64,000 bases of DNA from positions 7,132 to 71,131 of the forward strand of contig JAPLQC010000022.1 in the NCBI GenBank assembly GCA_026399895.1. The letters run 5' to 3'. Shown here one piece after another: positions 60,785-64,000 of the stretch. The stretch is from Burkholderiales bacterium (GTDB lineage: Bacteria > Pseudomonadota > Gammaproteobacteria > Burkholderiales > Burkholderiaceae_D). Positions within the stretch are counted from its first letter, which is position 1. Every line of letters starts with the position of its first letter. Both the position numbers and the translations under genes were made by a program. The notes under the pieces are model-generated. The model was not told the DNA's origin and made no database searches. It was given only the letters and a program-made list of their open reading frames with translations.

Positions 60785-61207
60785 TTAAACAGGTTTGATG
60801 ATGACGAGGGCGACCGCGGCGAACATACCAATCACGGGTAGCTCATTGAACCAGCGGTACCAGACATGGCTGCGGACATTCTCGCCGCGCTCAAATGCTT
60901 TCAGTAATCGTTTGCAGAAGTGGTGATAGCCAACCAGCACCAGAACGATCAGTAGCTTCACATGCATCCACAGGCTCTGCTGCCCGACGCCGTAGTAAAG
61001 CCAAAGTATTAATCCGAGCGCGAGCGCAGGAATCATTAGGATGGTCATGAAGCGGTATAGCTTGTTCGCCATTAGCAGCAAACGCTGCGTGGCTGCTGGC
61101 TCGGTCTCCATCGCCAGGTTGACGAAGATACGCGGCAGATAGAACAGACCCGCGAACCAGGACGCTATCAGAACAATATGAACGGTCTTGATCCAGAGAT
61201 AAGCCAT
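60785..61207 (-). CDS. hemJ: HemJ-family protoporphyrinogen oxidase (UPF0093 membrane protein)
   Basis: 140 aa with four TM helices and the N-terminal WIKTVHIVLIASWFAGLFYLPRIFV typical of the family. Confidence 0.8.
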   Translation of the reverse strand: MAYLWIKTVHIVLIASWFAGLFYLPRIFVNLAMETEPAATQRLLLMANKLYRFMTILMIPALALGLILWLYYGVGQQSLWMHVKLLIVLVLVGYHHFCKRLLKAFERGENVRSHVWYRWFNELPVIGMFAAVALVIIKPV

Positions 61208-61210
61208 CGT

Positions 61211-62476
61211 TTAGACCCGTACCTCGCCATGGCCCAGCACGACGAATTTCACCGAGGTGAGCCCTTCCAGACCCACGGGGCCACGTGCATGCAGCTTATC
61301 GTTCGAGATACCGATCTCGGCGCCGAGACCGTATTCGAAGCCGTCGGCGAAGCGTGTCGAGGCATTTACCATCACCGATGCTGAATCGACTTCGCGCAAG
61401 AACTGCAGCGCGCGGGAATAATCTTCCGTGATGATGCTATCGGTATGCTGCGATGAGTAGGTGTTGATGAAGTCAATAGCTTCATCGACGCCCGAAACGA
61501 TCTTCACCGAGAGAATCGCATCAAGGTATTCGGTGTGCCAGTCTTCTTCGGTCGCTGCTTTCAGCAGCGGGTAGCCGGTCAGAATTTGCATCGCTTCAGC
61601 ATCAGCGCGCAGCTCTACCTGTTTTTCAGCAAACAATTTGGCTAACTCGGGTAGTACGAGCTGGGCGATGTCACGCGCAACAATCAGTGTCTCCATGGTG
61701 TTGCATGTACCGTAGCGGTGACATTTCGCATTGAATGCCACTGGTAGTGCTTTGGCGATATCCGCCTTGTCATCGATGTATACATGGCAGATACCGTCGA
61801 GATGTTTGATCATCGGCACCTTGGAATCTTTCATCAGGCGTTCAATTAAGCCCTTGCCACCACGTGGCACGATAACGTCGATGAACTCGGGCATGGTGAT
61901 CATCGCGCCGACCACTGCGCGGTCTGTCGTTTCGATGATCTGTACCGCTTCAGACGGCAAGCCAGCACCTGCCAAACCTTCTTTTACTAATTTTGCGAGC
62001 GCCTGATTGCAATGAATCGCTTCCGACCCACCGCGCAGAATCGTTGCATTACCGCTCTTGATGCAGAGCCCGGCGGCGTCGACGGTAACGTTTGGTCTGG
62101 CCTCGTAAATAATGCCGATCACGCCTAGCGGCACCCGCATCTGGCCGACTTGTATGCCGCTCGGGCGGTACTTCATGTTCGTGATTTCGCCGATGGGGTC
62201 GGGCAGTGCGGCAATTTGCTCCAGACCCTCGGCCATGGTGGCGATCGCTTTTTCGGATAGCGTCAGGCGATCGACGAGCGCAGCGGCAAGGCCATTGGCG
62301 CGTGCTGCGTCCAGATCTTTTTGATTCGCTGCGGTCAGTAGGGCTGCATCGCGCCGAATCGCTGCTGCAATTAGCTGCAGCGCACGATTTTTCGCGGCTG
62401 TATCGGCTTTGGCCATGGCGCGTGATGCTTTGCGCGCTGCGCGGCCGATGTCGGTCATGGTTTGTTGAATGTCCAT
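61211..62476 (-). CDS. proA: Glutamate-5-semialdehyde dehydrogenase
   Basis: [23 protein letters not shown]-terminus and an aldehyde-dehydrogenase fold with a catalytic-Cys region (CNTMETLIV). The start was trimmed to the ATG at 62476. Confidence 0.93.
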   Translation of the reverse strand: MDIQQTMTDIGRAARKASRAMAKADTAAKNRALQLIAAAIRRDAALLTAANQKDLDAARANGLAAALVDRLTLSEKAIATMAEGLEQIAALPDPIGEITNMKYRPSGIQVGQMRVPLGVIGIIYEARPNVTVDAAGLCIKSGNATILRGGSEAIHCNQALAKLVKEGLAGAGLPSEAVQIIETTDRAVVGAMITMPEFIDVIVPRGGKGLIERLMKDSKVPMIKHLDGICHVYIDDKADIAKALPVAFNAKCHRYGTCNTMETLIVARDIAQLVLPELAKLFAEKQVELRADAEAMQILTGYPLLKAATEEDWHTEYLDAILSVKIVSGVDEAIDFINTYSSQHTDSIITEDYSRALQFLREVDSASVMVNASTRFADGFEYGLGAEIGISNDKLHARGPVGLEGLTSVKFVVLGHGEVRV

Positions 62477-62481
62477 TGTTT

Positions 62482-63510
62482 TCATTTCCTTGCTACCACC
62501 AGCGCCAACTGCAGCAGCGCATCCCAAGCGTCGCCGGCAAAATCTTTGGCGCGTAATCCTTTGATCATACGATCAACCTGCGCCGCTTTACTGAGCGCAT
62601 CGCGCAGGCTGGCGATTTTGACCCGCGAAACTGCCGGTGCCATCAGCCGCTCGCGCGGCCCCCAGATGCGGTACTCCTTCAGCATAGCCGCCAGCGGTCG
62701 ACCTTCATCGCTACCGATTTTCAGCTTCAGCAGCGTGCGTATTTCTTCACTGACCGCCCACAGCACCAAGGGCAGCGCCTCGCCTTCACCTTTCAAACCG
62801 TCGAGCATACGGGTGACCCGGCTCACGTCACCCGACAGCATCGCCTCTGAAAGCTTGAATACATCGGAGCGTGCGACGTTCAGTACCGCATCTTGAATCT
62901 GATCCAGCGATAGCCGGCCGTCAGGATACAGCAAGGATAACTTGCGGATTTCCTGGTGCGCCGCCAGCAAATTGCCCTCGACACGATCCACCATGAACTC
63001 TAGCGCATGCTTGTCGGCGCTCTGGCCCTGTGCAGCCAGACGTTGCCCTATCCAGGACCCTAGCTGGTGCCGCTCGATGTTTGGAATCTCGACGTAAACC
63101 GCATGCCGCTGCAAGGCAGTGACCCAGGCGCTTTTCTGTGTTGCCCAGTCGAGCTTGGGTAGCGTGATCATGGTCAGTGTGTCGCCCGCTTCGGACCCAA
63201 CACAAGCGGCCGCATAGTCTTGCAGCGCCTGACCACCTTCCTTACCGGGTTTGCCATTCGGGATGCGTAGCTCGATCAGCTTGCGATCACCAAACAAGGA
63301 CATAGACTGCTGCACCGACTGCAGCTCACCCCATTTAAAGTAGCGCTCGGCGATTAGTACCTCGCGCTCGGAGAAGCCGGCTGTGCGGGCCTTGGCGCGA
63401 ATACGGTCAGCAGTTTCGAGTAGTAGTAGCTGCTCATCGCTACTAATGACGTACAAAGGCGCCAGTGATTTTTCAAGATGCGCATCGAGCGCGTCGGCGC
63501 GCACCTGCAT
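62482..63510 (-). CDS. holA: DNA polymerase III delta subunit
   Basis: 342 aa with a HolA-like N-terminus ([15 protein letters not shown]). It keeps the conserved lptE-holA-proA order. Confidence 0.88.
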   Translation of the reverse strand: MQVRADALDAHLEKSLAPLYVISSDEQLLLLETADRIRAKARTAGFSEREVLIAERYFKWGELQSVQQSMSLFGDRKLIELRIPNGKPGKEGGQALQDYAAACVGSEAGDTLTMITLPKLDWATQKSAWVTALQRHAVYVEIPNIERHQLGSWIGQRLAAQGQSADKHALEFMVDRVEGNLLAAHQEIRKLSLLYPDGRLSLDQIQDAVLNVARSDVFKLSEAMLSGDVSRVTRMLDGLKGEGEALPLVLWAVSEEIRTLLKLKIGSDEGRPLAAMLKEYRIWGPRERLMAPAVSRVKIASLRDALSKAAQVDRMIKGLRAKDFAGDAWDALLQLALVVARK

Positions 63511-63513
63511 AGC

Positions 63514-64000
63514 TTATAGCTGGTCCGGCTTGACACGCGCTAGCTGGCGCATGATTTGCGCAACTGCATCGCGGCGTAAATCTTCGAAGGTCATGCGTTC
63601 TTCTTGTTCCTTGGCTAGCGCCTGTTCTTCACTATAAGACAGGATAGATTGCAGCGCGATCTCTGGTGGCTCTAGCAGCTTTTTATTGCTTCCATCGGCC
63701 ACTTCGAAGCGCACCCGATAAGTCAGACTGAATTCACGCACCTTACCCTGCGCATTGAGCGTCAGTACTTTTTTCTCCTGAGCTTGCGACAGTACCCGTA
63801 GCGTTACCGGTGCAGATTTCGCATCTGCCGCGAGTTGTGTGCTACTGGCGCGCAGTACGGTACGCAGATCACGCTCCAGCGGTGTGCCAACCGGCGCATC
63901 GAGATAAAGTGATTCAAAGCCTAGGCGGGTCTCAGGGGTTGAGCCGCGCAGCTGGAAGCCGCAGCTGGCGAGTAGTGTCGCCATCAAAATGATAGAAAAC
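63514..64000 (-). CDS. lptE: LPS-assembly lipoprotein LptE (5' end probably beyond the window edge)
   Basis: Lipobox LLASCGFQLRG. The frame stays open to the window edge (..FSIILMATLLASC), so the signal peptide likely starts outside the window. Confidence 0.85.
   Translation of the reverse strand, partial: FSIILMATLLASCGFQLRGSTPETRLGFESLYLDAPVGTPLERDLRTVLRASSTQLAADAKSAPVTLRVLSQAQEKKVLTLNAQGKVREFSLTYRVRFEVADGSNKKLLEPPEIALQSILSYSEEQALAKEQEERMTFEDLRRDAVAQIMRQLARVKPDQL

Overview
This 64-kb window reads like core chromosome of a betaproteobacterium. The Burkholderiales/Oxalobacteraceae-like gene order is an inference, not a database result. It is densely coding, with about 57 protein genes and one tRNA.

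Ordinary content, in order:
- accB-accC-prmA, aroQ, mpl, rnb, aroE-mtgA, corA, hemL.
- A rubredoxin-pilG-pilH-pilI-pilJ-chpA twitching/chemosensory cluster, then a photolyase.
- yqgE-ruvX-pyrR-pyrB-pyrC', plsC and apaH.
- rfbBACD, a PMM/PGM gene and waaA (LPS).
- A 13-kb same-strand efflux block: TetR, MFP-RND, pcm, tolC, MFP-RND-OMF.
- uppP, tRNA-Gly(CCC)-trmB, proA-holA-lptE.

I see no CRISPR array, prophage, transposase, integrase or recognisable multi-gene defence or toxin system.

The unusual content is two AT-rich single-gene islets that bracket the efflux block.
- 39344-40816 (-) encodes a eukaryote-like F-box plus RNase-inhibitor-type LRR protein.
- 54308-56455 (+) encodes a 715-aa orphan. 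It has a disordered Ser/Thr/Pro N-terminus with an STPST tandem repeat, motifs weakly reminiscent of RasGAP, and an acidic C-terminus.
- Both look like horizontally acquired secreted effectors aimed at a eukaryotic host. This is inference and is testable.

Smaller oddities:
- An in-frame mpl-yqiA gene fusion.
- A diverged copy of the first 11 accC codons that forms an overlapping uORF.
- In-frame tandem repeats in pilI and chpA.
- A 71-nt convergent gene overlap.
- A nested inverted repeat.
- A tRNA abutting trmB.
- A 49-codon lipoprotein gene below the ORF-track cutoff.
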